A stretch of DNA of 64,000 bases from Lama guanicoe (GCA_013239625.1 MU053810.1:3814071-3878070); one strand, 5' to 3'. Shown: positions 1 through 14,883, counted from the first letter of the stretch. Program-made: numbers and translations. Notes: generated by a model from the letters alone, not told the origin.

Positions 1-750
<750 letters not shown>

Positions 751-1149
751 ATTGATTACGTGTTAAGCATCTGCTTTAAAGGGGACTTGACAGTGATTTT
801 TCCTTCTTACACTGTGATAAGGCTTGGCTCCGCACAGGGAATCACCTAGACAAATACATCTTGCCCAATTCTCTTCTGCTTTAGACACCTAGGAGACTGT
901 ACATCGGGGTCAGGAGCACCCTCCCATAGGCATTGGCTGTGACCAGTCATTCCGTGGCCAGGAGCTGCTGGGGAAATGGTGCATCTGAATTTCAGCCAAG
1001 TTCTTAAAATAAGCTCCCCTCCTTCTTGCTATCCATCCTTAAAGCTTTTCAACTCACAGCCAGGGGCTAGTGGGTCCTTCTCCTGAGATCCCACACACTT
1101 TGTAACAAATTAGAGTTTCAACTCCATTATATAACCATTTTAAATCTGA

Positions 1150-1262
1150 CTTCCCTTATTAAACTGTCAATGCCTTGAGGAAAGAATTTTGTCTTAATTT
1201 TCTCCAGAAAATTTTAGCCCCAAAACCCAGCAGTGTGCAAGGCACACACTAGGAGTTAATCA
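1150..1262 (+). mobile_element. L2 LINE 3'-end fragment
   Basis: Degenerate match to the L2 3' tail (ccttgaggaaagaattttgtctta...cccagcagtgtgcaaggcacacactaggagttaa). Confidence 0.5.
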
Positions 1263-1319
1263 AGGTGTAAAATAATAAAACATAAGGGCAGGCAAGGACT
1301 TCCTCTGTCCCAGCCTCTC

Positions 1320-1510
1320 TTTAAGCACTAGATATGTGTTAATTTGTTTGAATCCTCAGAAACGTCCTATGAAAAAGGTACTACTGTTAGCTAAATTTTC
1401 AAGTTGAAAACACTGACCTCAGATTGACGAGGAGGATTAAGTGACTTGCCCAAGGTCATATGCGCTGTAAGCCAAGACCAGGGTTTGAACCCAGGACAGT
1501 GATGCCACTG
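1320..1510 (-). mobile_element. MIR SINE
   Basis: Reverse-complement MIR core: ttaagtgacttgcccaaggtcata...ccagggtttgaacccagg. Confidence 0.8.
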
Positions 1511-1639
1511 CCTGTACCCTTGACACGATCCCATAAAGAACTGTGCCCGGGAATTAGATGGCATAGATGTACTGGCTTTCTGACTATACACAAAAAACAC
1601 CAATTAATTCACAATTAATGAAACCCTGAATAGAGTAAC

Positions 1640-2000
1640 ATGCATCTCACGTCTTAGGTGTGTCGAAGCTACTGTAATGTGAGGACTGCCCCCCCGATAC
1701 AATGGCTTAGAGATAAAAATATTTATTTCTAATATAAGAGGCTGGGGTGAGTGTTCTGGGCCAACGGGCAGCTCTCTCCATGTGGTCATCCAGGGACACA
1801 GGCTCTTCCATCTGGGGCCCTGCCGTTCGCAAGGACCATGTGGTCCTCTGTGTGACTGGCCCTGTCTTTGAAGAGGACTTGGTCACAAAGACACATGTCA
1901 CTGCTGGGAAATGAGGTCTTGCTGGGCAGCCATGCACACAGTTACAAGTTCACTGCCATGGAAAAAAGCAAACCTGATGGGAAATTAGCTGTCTCTACCA
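1640..2000. mobile_element. Old MaLR (MLT1-type) LTR remnant
   Basis: acaatggcttag...atttatttct...ccagggacacaggctcttccatct...gctgggaaatg motifs typical of MLT1J/K LTRs. Confidence 0.45.
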
Positions 2001-2149
2001 CACTCAGTACTCAAGCCTGTGCCAGTCAGCATTTTATTACTCACTTTCATAAGGACAGACGTTACCTGCTTGCTAAATTAGAGGATGACAGCAGTATGGG
2101 AAAGGGGGGCGGGGAATCTGATGATAGATGAGGACTTCAAAAAAAAAAT

Positions 2150-3375
2150 CATACCTTAGGAAATGGTTTTTTAGATACGACACCAAAAGCACAAGGAACA
2201 AAAGAAAAAATAGACAAACTAGACACCATCAAAATTTAAAACTTTTGTATTTCCAAGGACACCATGAAGAAAATGAAAAGAAAACGCACAGAATAGGAGA
2301 AAATCATAGCAAATCGTATATTTGATAAAGGACTTGTATCTGGAATATATAAAGAACTATTATTACAGCTTGATGATAAAAAGACAATTAACCCATTTTT
2401 TTATGGCAAACTATCTGCACAGCTATTTCTCCAAAGAAGATACACAAACGTCCAACAAGCACAGGAAAACACCATTAGCCACCCAGGAAATGCAAATCAA
2501 ACCCACGAGACAGCACTCCACACCCACTAGGGTGGCTGTAATCAAAAAGACAGATAATAACAAGTGTTGGCGAGAGTGTGGAGCGACTGGAAGTCTCATA
2601 CACTGCTGGCAGGAATGGAAGATGGTGCGGCCACTTTCAAACACAGCCTGGCAGTTCCTCAAATGTTTGAACATAAAGTCACCCTATTCTGCTCCCAGGT
2701 GTACACCCAAGAAAATAAAAACATACATCTGCACAAAAACTTGTACACAAATGTTCACAGCAGCCAAAATGTAAAAATAACCCAAATGTCCATCAACTGA
2801 TGTGCTATATCTGTATAACAAAGTATTATTTGGAAAAAAAGGAATACTAATATTTTATAATAACTTTATATGGCGTATAGTCGATAACAATATTGAATCA
2901 CTAGGTTGTACATCTGAAACTAATGTCATATTGTAAGTCAACCTCAATTTTAAAAAATTAAAAATGAATTATATGATGTACTTCTGAATTGTTTAAAAAC
3001 TGGAATAAAAGTACTGAGACATCTACAATATGGATGAACCTTGAAAACATTAAGCTAAGAGGAAGAGGCCAGTCACACAGGACACATATTGCATGATTCC
3101 AATCGTATGGAAAGTCCGGAATGCACAATCTGTAGGGACAGAGAGCAGATTAGTGGTTGCCTAGGGCTGGGGGGCTGGGGGGACCTGGGGAGAGGTGTGA
3201 CAGCTAAGGGGTGAGTGGCTGCTTTGGGGGATAATGAAAATGTTCAAAATTGATTGTGGTGATGGATATAACATATAGTGAGTATATTAAATATACTAAA
3301 AGCCACAGAACTGTACACTTTAAGCCGGTGGCTTGTATGGTATGTTCATCATTCCTCAGTAAAGCAGCTAAAAAC
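2150..3375 (+). mobile_element. Old L1 (L1MA/MB-type) ORF2 end and 3'UTR, with a younger L1 3' tip nested at about 2850-2965
   Basis: ORF2 C-terminal remnants (ORF 2322-2774: EMQIKPT, KKTDNNKCWR, HCWQEWKMV) and 3'UTR motifs (atggatgaaccttgaaaacatt, gattagtggttgcctagggctgg). Confidence 0.85.
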
Positions 3376-3743
3376 TTATAAGCAGCTAGAACAATGGGCT
3401 GACTCTACCAAAGGAAACTTATCGTAGCTCCATGTAACCTCCAGCTCAGAGACTCTGAAAACCCCTGCACAAGAATGGGATAGGGAGACAGTGTTGACAG
3501 TGACACCAGGGAAAGGGGCAGAGGGGGTGGGGATTGCCGTGTATCATAAGCTCCTTATGAGCAAGCAGCATGATGGAGCAGCCAGAACAGCTAAACATGC
3601 TGAATCGAAGGCTGTCCTCGCCAAGCAGAACTCCCAGGGGCTGGAAACGTATGGGGTACTCTGGAAAACCATCAACAAAGCCATCATTCACAGTTCTAAA
3701 CTCACTATTGGGAAAAATTAATGCGAAAAAAGGTTGAAATCTT

Positions 3744-4251
3744 TTTTTAACATTTTTTATTGATTTATAATCATTTTACAATGTTGTGTCAAATTCCAGT
3801 GTTCAGCACAATTTTTCAGTCATTCATGGACATATACACACTCGTCACATTTTTTTCTCTGTGAGTTATCATAACATTTTGTGTGTATTTCCCTGTGCTA
3901 TACAGTGTAATCTTGATTATCTATTCTACAATTTTGAAATCCCAGTCTATCCCTTCCCACCCTCCACCCACCTGGCAACCACAAGTCTGTATTCTCTGTC
4001 TATGAGTCTATTTCTGTCCTGTATTTACACTTTGTTTTTGTTTGTTTGTTTGTTTCTGTTTTTGTTTTTTAGATTCCACATATGAGCGATTTTATATGGT
4101 ATTTTTCTTTCTCTTTCTGGCTTACTTCACTTAGAATGACATTCTCCAGGAGCATCCATTGCTGCAAATGGCGTTATGTTGTCAGTTTTTATGGCTGAGT
4201 AGTATTCCATTGTATAAATATACCACATCTTCTTTATCCAGTCACCTGTTG
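3744..4251 (-). mobile_element. Young lineage-specific 5'-truncated L1 with 17-bp TSD
   Basis: T-rich tail at left; L1 3'UTR (tttagattccacatatgagcg, ggctgagtagtattccattg); TSD AAAAAG(G/A)TTGAAATCTT at 3727-3743 and 4252-4268. Confidence 0.9.
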
Positions 4252-6419
4252 AAAAAGATTGAAATCTTAATGGTGGTTATTGCCAAGAGGAGGTAATGGA
4301 TGGCAGAGGAGTGGTCTGTTCTGGTCTCAGGCTGTCTAACCCACTGGCCTGCCTGTGACACGTTCCAGGGTCCAGAGGGTAGGGGTGGGGAGGAGGGGCT
4401 GCACAGAGTGGACTGGGAGGGTCCCCTCAGTTCAGGGCTGCAGCAGGGGGTCTGAAATGACAGCCCTATGCCCGACCTCCCTGTGGACTCCCACAAAAAA
4501 GAAAGTGGGGCAAGGGGGCTAGGAATTGAATGGGTTTGAGAAGAAGAGAATCATGACAGGTATAATTTTTTATCTCCCAATTATGCTTCCTTATCAGTAA
4601 GCCAGTCCCTAGCCCCGAGTCTTCCTAGAAGGTCGCCTTTCCTTTTCTTCATTTATTTTCCAGCCCTCATCATGAAAAATCCGAGGACAGAATGGAAATT
4701 TCGAGTCCCGGGAAGGACTTGGTATCATTGCTGTAAGTTTTGAGGGCACCTTTGAGCTGCAGAAAGGAAACAGAATTCCCTGAATTGTTCTTATTTTCAG
4801 GAAGGAGAAAGAACATCACATTTTCAAAATATGAGAGTTACTGACACCCCAGCTAAAAGAACTTTCTGGCATGACTCTTTGTTCTAGGAGATAACATGTA
4901 GCCCAGGGAAGATCATTTTTCAATAAAGCAGAAAAAAGCACCTTATTTCATATTTACACGTGTTGCTCAGCAGTTGCTGGGCGAGTATTTCTACTACAGG
5001 TCCACGTAGGTCAGAAATCCAGACAGGTTCATTTCTGCTAGAATTCAGCCAAAAGGAATAAATATAAGCCAGCAATTATTTTTGTGCCTCTGCTGTCTCA
5101 GCACTGGGGTACATGAAGAGATATCAGAGAATGAGGGTGATGTTTGCTTTCTAGAAACTTCCTTGAGCACAAACAGTCACACACAGGAAATAATTCCAAC
5201 TGTGAAACAGTACAAACTAGATACTGGGGTGGGTGGCAGCCAGGCACCTCACCTTGGATGTGTAGGAGTTCCCGAAGATGAGGTCAGTGAGAACCACAGT
5301 GGTAAATAAAGAAGCATCCGAATGGTCTGGAAAGCCAGCCTCCTGGGTTCTGACCCGCCTCCTTCACAGAGAGGGCACCCGGCTCACACCCATCCTGGAA
5401 AGCCTGGTCCCATGCCAGCGAGGCCAGGGAGCAGAGACAGCAGTGCCACAAGCCTCATTACAGGACAGCCGTCCCCCACAACAGATGCAGCCCCACCCAA
5501 ACAAGAGAGTTTGGGGACAAAGGAGACCTAAATCCCTTGGCCACCGCTGACCCCCGCCCCTCTCAGCAGCGCCGTGGCCTCAAAGGGGCCAGGTGGCACC
5601 TAGGGCCAGCCTGCCATCCGCTCCTGGGAACTGGCATTTTTTAATCCTCTCAATTAGAAATGTAACGACTTCTTGCTTCCATTTGCCAGGCTGGCAGGGA
5701 GGAGGGACAGCCAGCCAAATGCGCTCTGCGTTGCTTAGCAGAAGCTGAGACAGAGCAACCCCGAAGCATCCCCTTCAGGGAAATAAGCATTCATGAGACA
5801 AGACCCGGATGTGCGCAGCTCTGCCTCCTGGTCCTCCTGGCTTGGCCCCGCCTGCAGGCATGTGATGGCCAGGGACACGGGCTACGTGCCTCTTTTCCTC
5901 ATCTCTAAATTGGAGTAATAATAGATGATACCAACTTTTGCAAAGATCAAGACAGTGCCTATAAAGGTCTTCTGCCTGATATCTGGCCCATAGCAGTTCC
6001 ACTGTTAGTTGTTAGGATCTCCATTGATTTCTAGTATTTTCAGTCTCTCCATCTGGTATTTCTCGTCTCTCCAGTGCTGGGAAACATTCCAGACAGTATG
6101 TCTCCTGAGATGCAAGGAGAGAGGACTCAACCACACCACTGCCTGCCGTATCAGTGCCTCAGCAACAAGTCACGCAGCGGCCAGAAAACACCCGGAGAGC
6201 TGACGGATATTTCATTAAACCCAAGGATGGCCCTTCCAGGCTCGCCATGCACAGTCCAGTCATCAACCGGGTGTGCGTGCCTTCCTGCCCTTCCTCCAGG
6301 AGGAAGCTGTTCTTGTGATTTCCCACTCAGCCTCCTACACTTTCCCGCCTCCACCTGGGGTTCCTCCCCACTGCAGCCCCATGGCACGTCAGTCAAGCAC
6401 ATATTACGTAGAGTCTGAG

Positions 6420-6923
6420 CTGAGCAGAATGATGGCCCCACGAATATACGCACAACCTAGTCCCTGCAACATGCGACTCTGCCAGGTTCCAAAGCCAAGG
6501 GCAGTTAAGGTGATGGATGGATAATTAACTGACCTTAAGACAGAGAGATGATCCCGGATGATGCTGGAGGGCCCCACATGACCACAGGTTTCTTAACAGT
6601 GGAGGAGTGAGGCAGGAGAAGAGAGGCAGAAGGAGATGTGACAATGGAATAAATGGCCTGAGAGGTGCCATGTTGCTGACTTGGAAGACAGAAGCAGGGA
6701 GGCAATAGCCCAAGAACTGTGGGAGCCTCCAGAAGCTGGAAAAAGCAAGGAAACAGGTTCTTTCCTAAGCCTCCAGAAGGAATGCAGCCTTGCTGACACC
6801 TTGATTTTAATCCGGTGAGACCTGTGTCAGACTTAACTCTGCAGATGTTAAGAGAATACATTTGTATTGTTTCAAGCTACCGAGTTTTCAGTAACTTACA
6901 TGACAGCCACAGAAAACAAATTC
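6420..6923 (+). mobile_element. MaLR solo LTR (MLT1D/E-like)
   Basis: gcctccagaagctggaaaaagcaaggaaacag...agcctccagaaggaatgcagccttgctgacaccttgatttta; ends ...gaaaacaaattca. Confidence 0.8.
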
Positions 6924-7919
6924 AGGGTCTCCCCATTCATCACCTGATGACATCCATTCTGCCTCCCAAGATGTATTTCCTACAGAGGTGGGGAATGCTG
7001 ACTCCATGATTTTTCCTGTACCCTGATGGTACAGGCCAGTCAAAGGCTAAGGCTTTATGTCCCACAAGGGTAGGTAAAAATCCTCATCACACGTGGGAAC
7101 CTCAGGGAGACCTGCCCCGGGAAGGACAGAATGGCCAAGCAGGAATTATTGGAGCCAGCGGTTGCGGGCATGTTCCGGGGTCACCAAGAGCATCCATGTT
7201 CTGCCTGATAAACCCTTCCATGCTTCTCAAACAGGGGCCTCATGGCACCACGGACCTCATGGCCTCAAGGTTTAAGAGATTATGCATGAGTTGATTTTTA
7301 GCTAATTTTCCTATTCTTATCCATCAGAGATACATTTAACTTCCAACCAAAGCCTGGAGTTAGCATGAAGTAGCCAGAGTTCTCACTATGAATTCGTTGA
7401 ATTGCAGGCGAAAGCAAAGCCACGAAGCTTTAGAAATCCTGCCCAGTCCAATCCTCAGCAAACAGTTGGCTTCTCTAATTTTTTATGTAATATTTAAAAT
7501 ACTCAGTGAAGCCCCATTATGACCTCTATGGCTTCCAAAATGCTCCAGATTGAGAACTACTGAAAAATCTTTCTTTTGTGTGATCCATTTAGATCCAGAA
7601 CTTTACTCCTCAGCGTCCCTTTTCACTCCAGGGTTATTTCTGAGTGCCTTCCAGCTCTGTGGGTGAACGATTTTTCTTTTTCACTGCATTGGTAGATTCG
7701 CTTCAAGGTCAGCTTAGATTCTGGTCTGCTGAGTGTACAGCAATGGTGACATCCATGGTGAGCCTTGGAGACCCCATAATCTGGTACAGAGGCTTTCTCC
7801 AGCCTTCCCTAGGAAGGAAGGGGCTGAAAATATGTTCCCTGGAATCTCCTTTTTGGACCATATGCTCCCACTCCAAAAGCATATGCTTCCAGCTCCTGGG
7901 AATAGAAACTGTTAGACTT

Positions 7920-9070
7920 ACTGTGAGAAATAGTATGGAGTTATCTCCTGAAGTTAAAGATATTCATACCCTACGACCCAGAAGTCCCACTTCTTGGTGT
8001 ATATGCAAAAAAATGTCTGCATTGTGCACTGAGAGACACGTACTGGAGTGCTCATAGCAGCCTGATTCATAACAGTCCAAACTGGAAGCATCTGTAGAAT
8101 GCTATCCAAAGAGCATTGTGTTCACACAGTTCATACTACACAGCAATGAATGTAACACTGTGGAAGATGTACACTTTTATAGTGTTGGGGGGAAAAAAGG
8201 CAGCTAAGAGGAATGTTCTATAATTCCACTTACATAACATTCAAAAAGCAAGTGCAATCATAGTGTTTAAAGATTTAGACTTAGGAGACAAAAATTCTAA
8301 AGAAAAGGAAGTAGTTACCCACAGAAGTTTAATATTCATCACCCCTGGGAACAAGGAAGGGGTTGGTGATTGGATAGGGACCGGAAGCATCTGGGGGCCT
8401 GGCCCTGCCCCATTTCTTCACCTCAGTGGGGATATTACATGGCTGTTTTTCTGGTGGTGAATCTTTGAGTGGTATATTTTACACATCTTTCTGTCTGCGT
8501 GCTGTGTTTCACACTTTTTAAATGAAAAGTTTGAAATGTTAATTCTGAGATATTCCCCTAAAAAGAAATTCCTCACATTTGAAATTTTCTTATTTTATGA
8601 TTTCCTATTATAAAACATACTCGTGAGCATAAGAGAACATCTGAAAAACATCAGGTAAGTGGGAACAAAATCACCTCTAAATTCTTTCTCCCAAAGACAA
8701 ATACCACTAATATTTTGGTATATTTCTTTCCAATCTTTTCTCCATGACTAGTTTTTGATGTTTCTATTTTTCATGGCCATATTTATTCAAATCTATATTT
8801 TAATATTTTTCACTTAACACGATCCTGTAAGCATTTTCAAAGTCCTCACAAACCCTCCGTGTGATTATTTTAATGACCATGTATTTCACTTACTGGTGCT
8901 TCATTAAATGGCATATCCACTGGAGCAACATTGAGGTCATTTCCTATTCTTCTATCTATAGGCAGTGTCATGGCAGAGTTCTGTGTACAGCCTTTTATTT
9001 ATTTCAAATAATTCCCTAGACATGGATTTTCAAGAGCCCAAAGCAGTACCTATCTAAGGCTCTTTATACA
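7920..9070. mobile_element. Degraded ancient L1M(E) fragments (about 7920-8530 plus, about 8550-9070 minus)
   Basis: Weak matches to L1 3' regions (cataccctacgacccagaagtcccactt; ataattccacttacataacattcaaaaagcaag). Confidence 0.5.
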
Positions 9071-9809
9071 AAACATGTCCCTTTTCCAGGATCAGAGTTC
9101 CAGGAGCTTATCAAGTCCGAACATCTTAGGGCCATTTAGAATAGCTCCTCCAAGAACCTGGGCAGCTGATCCACTGGTCTCCTCAAACTGCCAGGCCAGT
9201 CTACGGAGCCCACTGAACTCAAGTTCACGCCCTTTGCTCTGTCTTCCCACCGAGATGCACAGCTCAGGGGTACTTAGGTCAGCCAGCAAGATTCCCAAAA
9301 GGAGCAGAGCTATCAGCTCACCTGGAAGTCTCTGCACACTTAGAGCAACAATACCAACAAAGCTTCAGCGTCTTCAATGTAAAGTGAGAATATGAATGTT
9401 GAGTTTGAAGGAATATGTGTGAGGATAAATGAGAGAACGCTTGGAATATTAAGTATAGTGCCTGCCACATAACAGACCGTCTACAGACTCATCCCTTTTT
9501 CCTGAGACTCATCTTTCTCCCCCAGTGGTGAGAGGATCGAGGATGAGAGGGAAAGAGGAGGGAAACACTCAAGAAACACAGTCATCATGACATCCACGTA
9601 TATACTACGAGGCGGCAGCATTTATCGGATGAAGGGGAGAGGCACTTACCCCACATCTTGCATTTACCTGGACTACACCTGGGAGTCACTACCATTTGAG
9701 TCATTCTTACAAGCTAATGAATTGTCACCATAAGCCTGAATCATTTGCTTCTCCATACTTTTGTCTAGAGTAGTGCTTCCCCCAAATGTGGTTATGGGAC
9801 CTTTTTAGG

Positions 9810-10385
9810 ATTACTTGATGTATTAAGGCCAGTAAAGCTGGATGCTGTAATAAACAGTCCCCAGTCTCAATGGCTTCATAGCATAAAGATGTAGTTTTTG
9901 CTTGTTTCATAGTGCAGGGTGTGTTAGCAGGTCATAAAGGATGGTCTTTCCACACACGGGCTGAGGTTCTTTCCACCTACTGTCTGCCATCATCCAGGGC
10001 CACAGAGTCCTCTGCTGGGTCCTCTGGACCCAGCTGGCAGATGGAGCGGTGGGGAGGGGGAAGCCAACATAGAGGATTCAAGAGTGGCTTTAGGAAGCGG
10101 TGCTAGAAGTTCATGTCCCTTTCTCCTACACTTTGCCAACATTCAGTTGGTCAGGACGCGAATACACAACCCCACACAACTGTGGGAGAGGCTGGGCTCT
10201 GCTGTTTAGCTCTACCCCAGAGGAAGTGGAAATGATTTTGCTTTCATTGCATACCTGGAGTGATTGTAAATATACAGAAGTTTTTCAGTAGGTCTGGGTA
10301 GCATAAAATATACATCAGATTTGATGTTACCCAGACCTACTGAATCAGAATCTCTGGGGCCTAGGAATGAAAAGTTCCAACAGAT
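9810..10385. mobile_element. MLT1-type LTR remnant followed by a MER5A (hAT-Charlie) fragment
   Basis: gctgtaataaacagtccccagtctcaatggcttcatagcataaag (MLT1); cccagacctactgaatcagaatctctggggcctaggaatg (MER5A core). Confidence 0.6.
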
Positions 10386-13300
10386 GATTTTCATAGGCTG
10401 GAGCCCAGAGATGTCTTTGAGGGTTCCAGCCACAGACACTTCTTTCCAAGGGCAGCCCTGCCATCAATCTTACCTTAGATCCCATGCTGGGTACCCAGAG
10501 TATTTTTTCAAATCTTTCAGGAGCTGCAACAACTGTACTGTAAGGACTCCGGGATATTTACCTTCAACACTTAGATTCCAACATCCCAAGACAAGAGTGT
10601 GGGTAAGCATGGCATTTGCTGGATCTCTTTCTCAGCACTTTTATTCTTATGCAGACAAAGGGGACTGTGTAGGACTACACTGAGTGGCACAAGCAGAAGC
10701 CAGCCCTCACAACCCTAATTTATTTGTTTTGCAGACACTGCTGAGGTCACTGTTTCAGACATCATTTTATGGGGACACATGGAAGACATTTTCTCAGGTG
10801 TCAGTACTTTAAATAGTTATTATTCTGTGAATCATAGTATTTATTGTGTTTCCTCTTTGTATTGGCTGATGGGAAATTTGGAGCCAAAACTTGAGACCAC
10901 CTCTAGCAAGTACACAGAACTCAATCCCAGTTATATCTCATTTTTCCTACTTTTAACCCAAAATTCCCATTTGTTTACTTTCTTATCTTGTTAAAGTCTA
11001 TTTTGAAGAAGCAGGTTGTGTAAATGGATTTTTAATGATTGACTATAATCTTGTGACAGAAAAGTGAATAGAAATAGTGGTCCTTCATTTTTTGACCATG
11101 ACTTTTTTAGCCCAAGGGAAATCTTCCCCACAAATGACATGCATGAAGCCTTGATTATCGGTTAACCCAGTACCAACTGAATTTCCTCAGAGACCTCAGA
11201 ATTAATTCATCAATTAAAACCACATGTACCTTTCCAAGATCACTCTGTACCAATCGCCATCTCTTTTCCTGAAATAGAATCACCTATTCTGGGCCCAGAG
11301 ATATTCAGAACTGAATTACTATCCAAAGTAAGTGTTGGATGAATGACTCTTGGCTTTGATAAATTTTGCTGTCCAAACTTTCCCATAATAATGTTTAAAT
11401 CCAATGGGAAGAAAGCTTGAAAGAATTCACAAACCTTTAAGACATCCTAAGACCATTATTTATTAAAATGTTCACCCATTGAATTTAATAAGTAAATCAC
11501 AGAAGGGATTGAGAGAACAGTACCCAAATATCCATTTAATTAACTAAAATCTATTGAGCACCTGTCTATGTTTTAGGCACTGTGCCAGTGGCTTTAATAT
11601 ACTATTCCCATTTTACACACACACGAAACAAGCATGCATGCGGAGGTATTAAGAGGGTGTGGGCAGCCCCTGACAGTGGCCCTTAACTTGAGGGCAGTTG
11701 CCTCCAGAGGTGTGGCCATTTACCTTCAACACCAAGGCCAGCACCGAGCTGCCTCGCCCTTCCCCGTACCAGAACGCTCACATACAGAACAGCAATAAAG
11801 AAACACTCTTTCTCAGTGAATTATGCGCTCTTAATTCTTGAAATGAGCTTCATAAAATGCTCTCCATGGAGTGGCCACTGGTACCAACAGAAAAGTTTTT
11901 GACAACGAGAGATGAAGATGGTCAACATTTTGGAGACCTACCCTTCTGAACACAGGCGTGCACACACATACGGGCACAAACACACGCGCATGAGAGCGTG
12001 TGCGCTGCCAGACTGGCTGTATGTTGGTTGAGTTAGGCTCTTGTCACTCCCAGCACCTCTCCTCAAGGAAAAGCAGTTAGGAAAAACATTCTTTGCCTTC
12101 TGTCCCAAAAAAGAGTGACTTCTGTGCAAAGGTGAGGAGCACAAGTGCTCAGGGCTCTGGTTTTCTGAGATTTGTCCTTCTAAGAGCTTTTTATCCCTGG
12201 GGTTTGTGGGTACCTCTTGACTTTAAGGCTAACAAATAATAACAAGCTACCACAAAGATTGCCCTTCCTGAATAAAAACCCTGAAAGGAAAACACATTGG
12301 ACATTGGTAATACTATTCCCATTTCACAGATGAGGAAGCTGAGCCCGAGAGCTAAGCTGCTTGCCCAAGATAACACAGGAAGTCAGTGACAAAGGCGAAC
12401 CAAAAAAGCCAGAGTTCCAGTCTTCCCTTCTGTTGGTTCTTCCTCAGCAAGATACATACGTATATTTGCCAACTGCCTCCAGCATCCAGGTTCTGCACCC
12501 CTCCCTCTGGCCCAATTATCTGAAAACCAAAAGAGTAGAAAATCGAAAATGAGATGGAGATCAGCAGGGACGTGAAGCAGCGGATTGCTGCCGCTTCCTT
12601 GCTTCCTTTTTCAGAAGCTAAAATCGACTCTGCTCTTCCTCGCTGACAGCCCCTCGCCTGGGGCACGGCTCCCGGCCTCGGCGGGGGTCCGCGCAATCTG
12701 GGCGCCTCCAGCTGCCCCTTCTCCAGAATCGCCAGCCGCAGAGCGCAAGGCCAAACTGGGGCAGAACGAGTGTGCCCGTGCCCGTGCCCGGGTTGCCCGT
12801 GTCACCTGTGCCGGTCCCGCTGCTGGAGACACCGTGGGCGCACTGCGCCGGTCGCTTCTCTCTTCTGCCTGCGCAGCGCGCTTTTCCGTACCCTAGCGCA
12901 GCGGGCGTCCAGGGAGCCGGGGGTCAGCCAGGGAACCTCCGGCTGCGCCCCAGGCCCAGAGCCTGGGCCGTGCGGAGCACAGAGCCCCGGCAGGCTCCCT
13001 GCAGCCAGCTCCGTCTTGAGTGAGCACTCAGTGCCAGGGTAGAAGCGCGGATCTTTCCCCACCCCTCCCCAAGCGCACCGGGCCAGTTTCCATCTGATAG
13101 AATGTTTCTTCCATCTGATTAGAATGACAGTAGCCTTCAAATCATTCATTAAGAGAATTTTAGTCTTAAAGAAAAAGAATGTCCCACTGTAATTGTGAGT
13201 TGTAATAAATGTGAACTTCTGGTGCCTTCCTCTGCAGTATGTAAGACAGTAAAAAATGTGTCTCATCCAAACGCGCCCCCTCCCCAAGCCCATTGTGAAG

Positions 13301-13574
13301 TCAATCGCTAACAAAGAGGACATGTGAATATTCAACACCGAGTCTTTCAGTGTATTTTCCGGAATCCCTGAGTCGGCCTTTTTTTTTTTTAAATCGGCGA
13401 ATACCTGTTTAAGTTTTAAAAGCACATGGAAATCGCCCGCGAGCGACCATATAATTTGATTTGCCAGGCAATCTGCAGAGCGATCGCACATCATTTATAA
13501 TGTTCATTGAGCATTTTGCCTAATTGTGTCTGTCTCTGAAAGGGCGGCGCACCCCCTCCCGACCGCAAGCAGCA

Positions 13575-13592
13575 CAAGTGGCGACATTCCCA
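13575..13592 (+). promoter_or_regulatory. PTF1 complex binding site (distal): E-box CAAGTG + TC-box TTCCCA
   Basis: CAAGTG-gcgaca-TTCCCA, about one helical turn apart. Confidence 0.8.
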
Positions 13593-14883
13593 TGGAGCGG
13601 CCGCGCCGCAGCTTGTCGCATTCAGCGCGGGCGGCCGGGCCGCGCGCTTCCCTGCCCGGCGACCGGGCGCGCCTGACACTAATAGCTCGCGGCTCAGGTA
13701 CGAGCGGGCGCCGCGTTTGACTCCATTCAATTCACAACCGGCAGCGCTTGCAGGTGTCGCCTTTTGAAACTGCCATTCAGGCGGCCGCTGTTCACTTCTC
13801 GCTGCGCCGCGGGTTTTGTAGAAGAGCAAGAATGGGGCTGATTATTCCCGTGCCCACAGGCCGCCCCCACACGCCCCAACCCCCGCCGGACGCGAGGCTT
13901 CCCTCGGCCAAAAGAGGCATTTAATTAGTTCTGGGGCTGCGAAGAGCCAGCGTGGTGGACAAAGCCCGGCTCCCCAGGTAACCCCGGTTCCCTGTGGCCT
14001 CGGGAGGGGGCGCTCCCTCTCGCGCCCCCGCCGTCAGACTGTCCTCCCGCCGGCTCTCCCGCGGGCCAGTGGCTCGCCAGCGCGTCTTGGGTGACTTTGA
14101 CCAGCGGCGCCCGTGGTCCCCGGCCGCGAGCAGCTCTCGGGCGCTGGCCCCTTCCCGCCTCTCGTCCCCATTTCCAGGCCAGCCGGGGAGATGGAAACTT
14201 GGTTGGCAAGACAGGTGGCCCTAGCTGTCTTGTGCGTGAGTGTTCTCTTCATCATGTGTCATTCCCACCACCCCCTCCACTCCCATTTTGGGGAAACATC
14301 AGGACAATGTTTCGGGGAAACACTGGAGACGCTTTCCGCCTTTATACGCCTTTGCATCTCCACGCCGCGTGCGCTTAGCTCAGGGGGCAAAGTTGGGCCT
14401 GGGAGATTGCGAATGGCTGCCGCAGCACCGCGGCCAAAGGGCACTCTCTTCGCAACAGCGGCTCGGGCACCGGAGCTGACCCCAAATACGTCTGCGGACA
14501 GCATCGGCCCAGGTTGTGTACTCTAGGCCACCAGAGCCACCGGTACCACCACCACCCTCCAACCCTCCAAAGCGATCGCGCCCCGACGAGCCCGACTTTT
14601 AGCTGCGGGCCGCTCGCGCCAGCAGGGGAGAGGGGCAGAGGGCAGCCCTTTCCAGCCGGACGCCCGCGTGGTACCTTTTGGGGCGGAGTGGGCATCAGCG
14701 GCGGGGCGGGGGCAGGGCTCCTCCTGCCTTATCATTTGGTTTCCGCGAGCGTCCGAGGACGCCAGCACCCATTCGTTCCACTCGCTGCGCTCTGTGAACG
14801 AGCGTGGGGCGGGCGGGGGAGCCCGGGCCGGGTGGTCTCCCTCCCCCGCCCGCCCCGCCCTGCCGGCCGGCCGAGCCGCGGCA

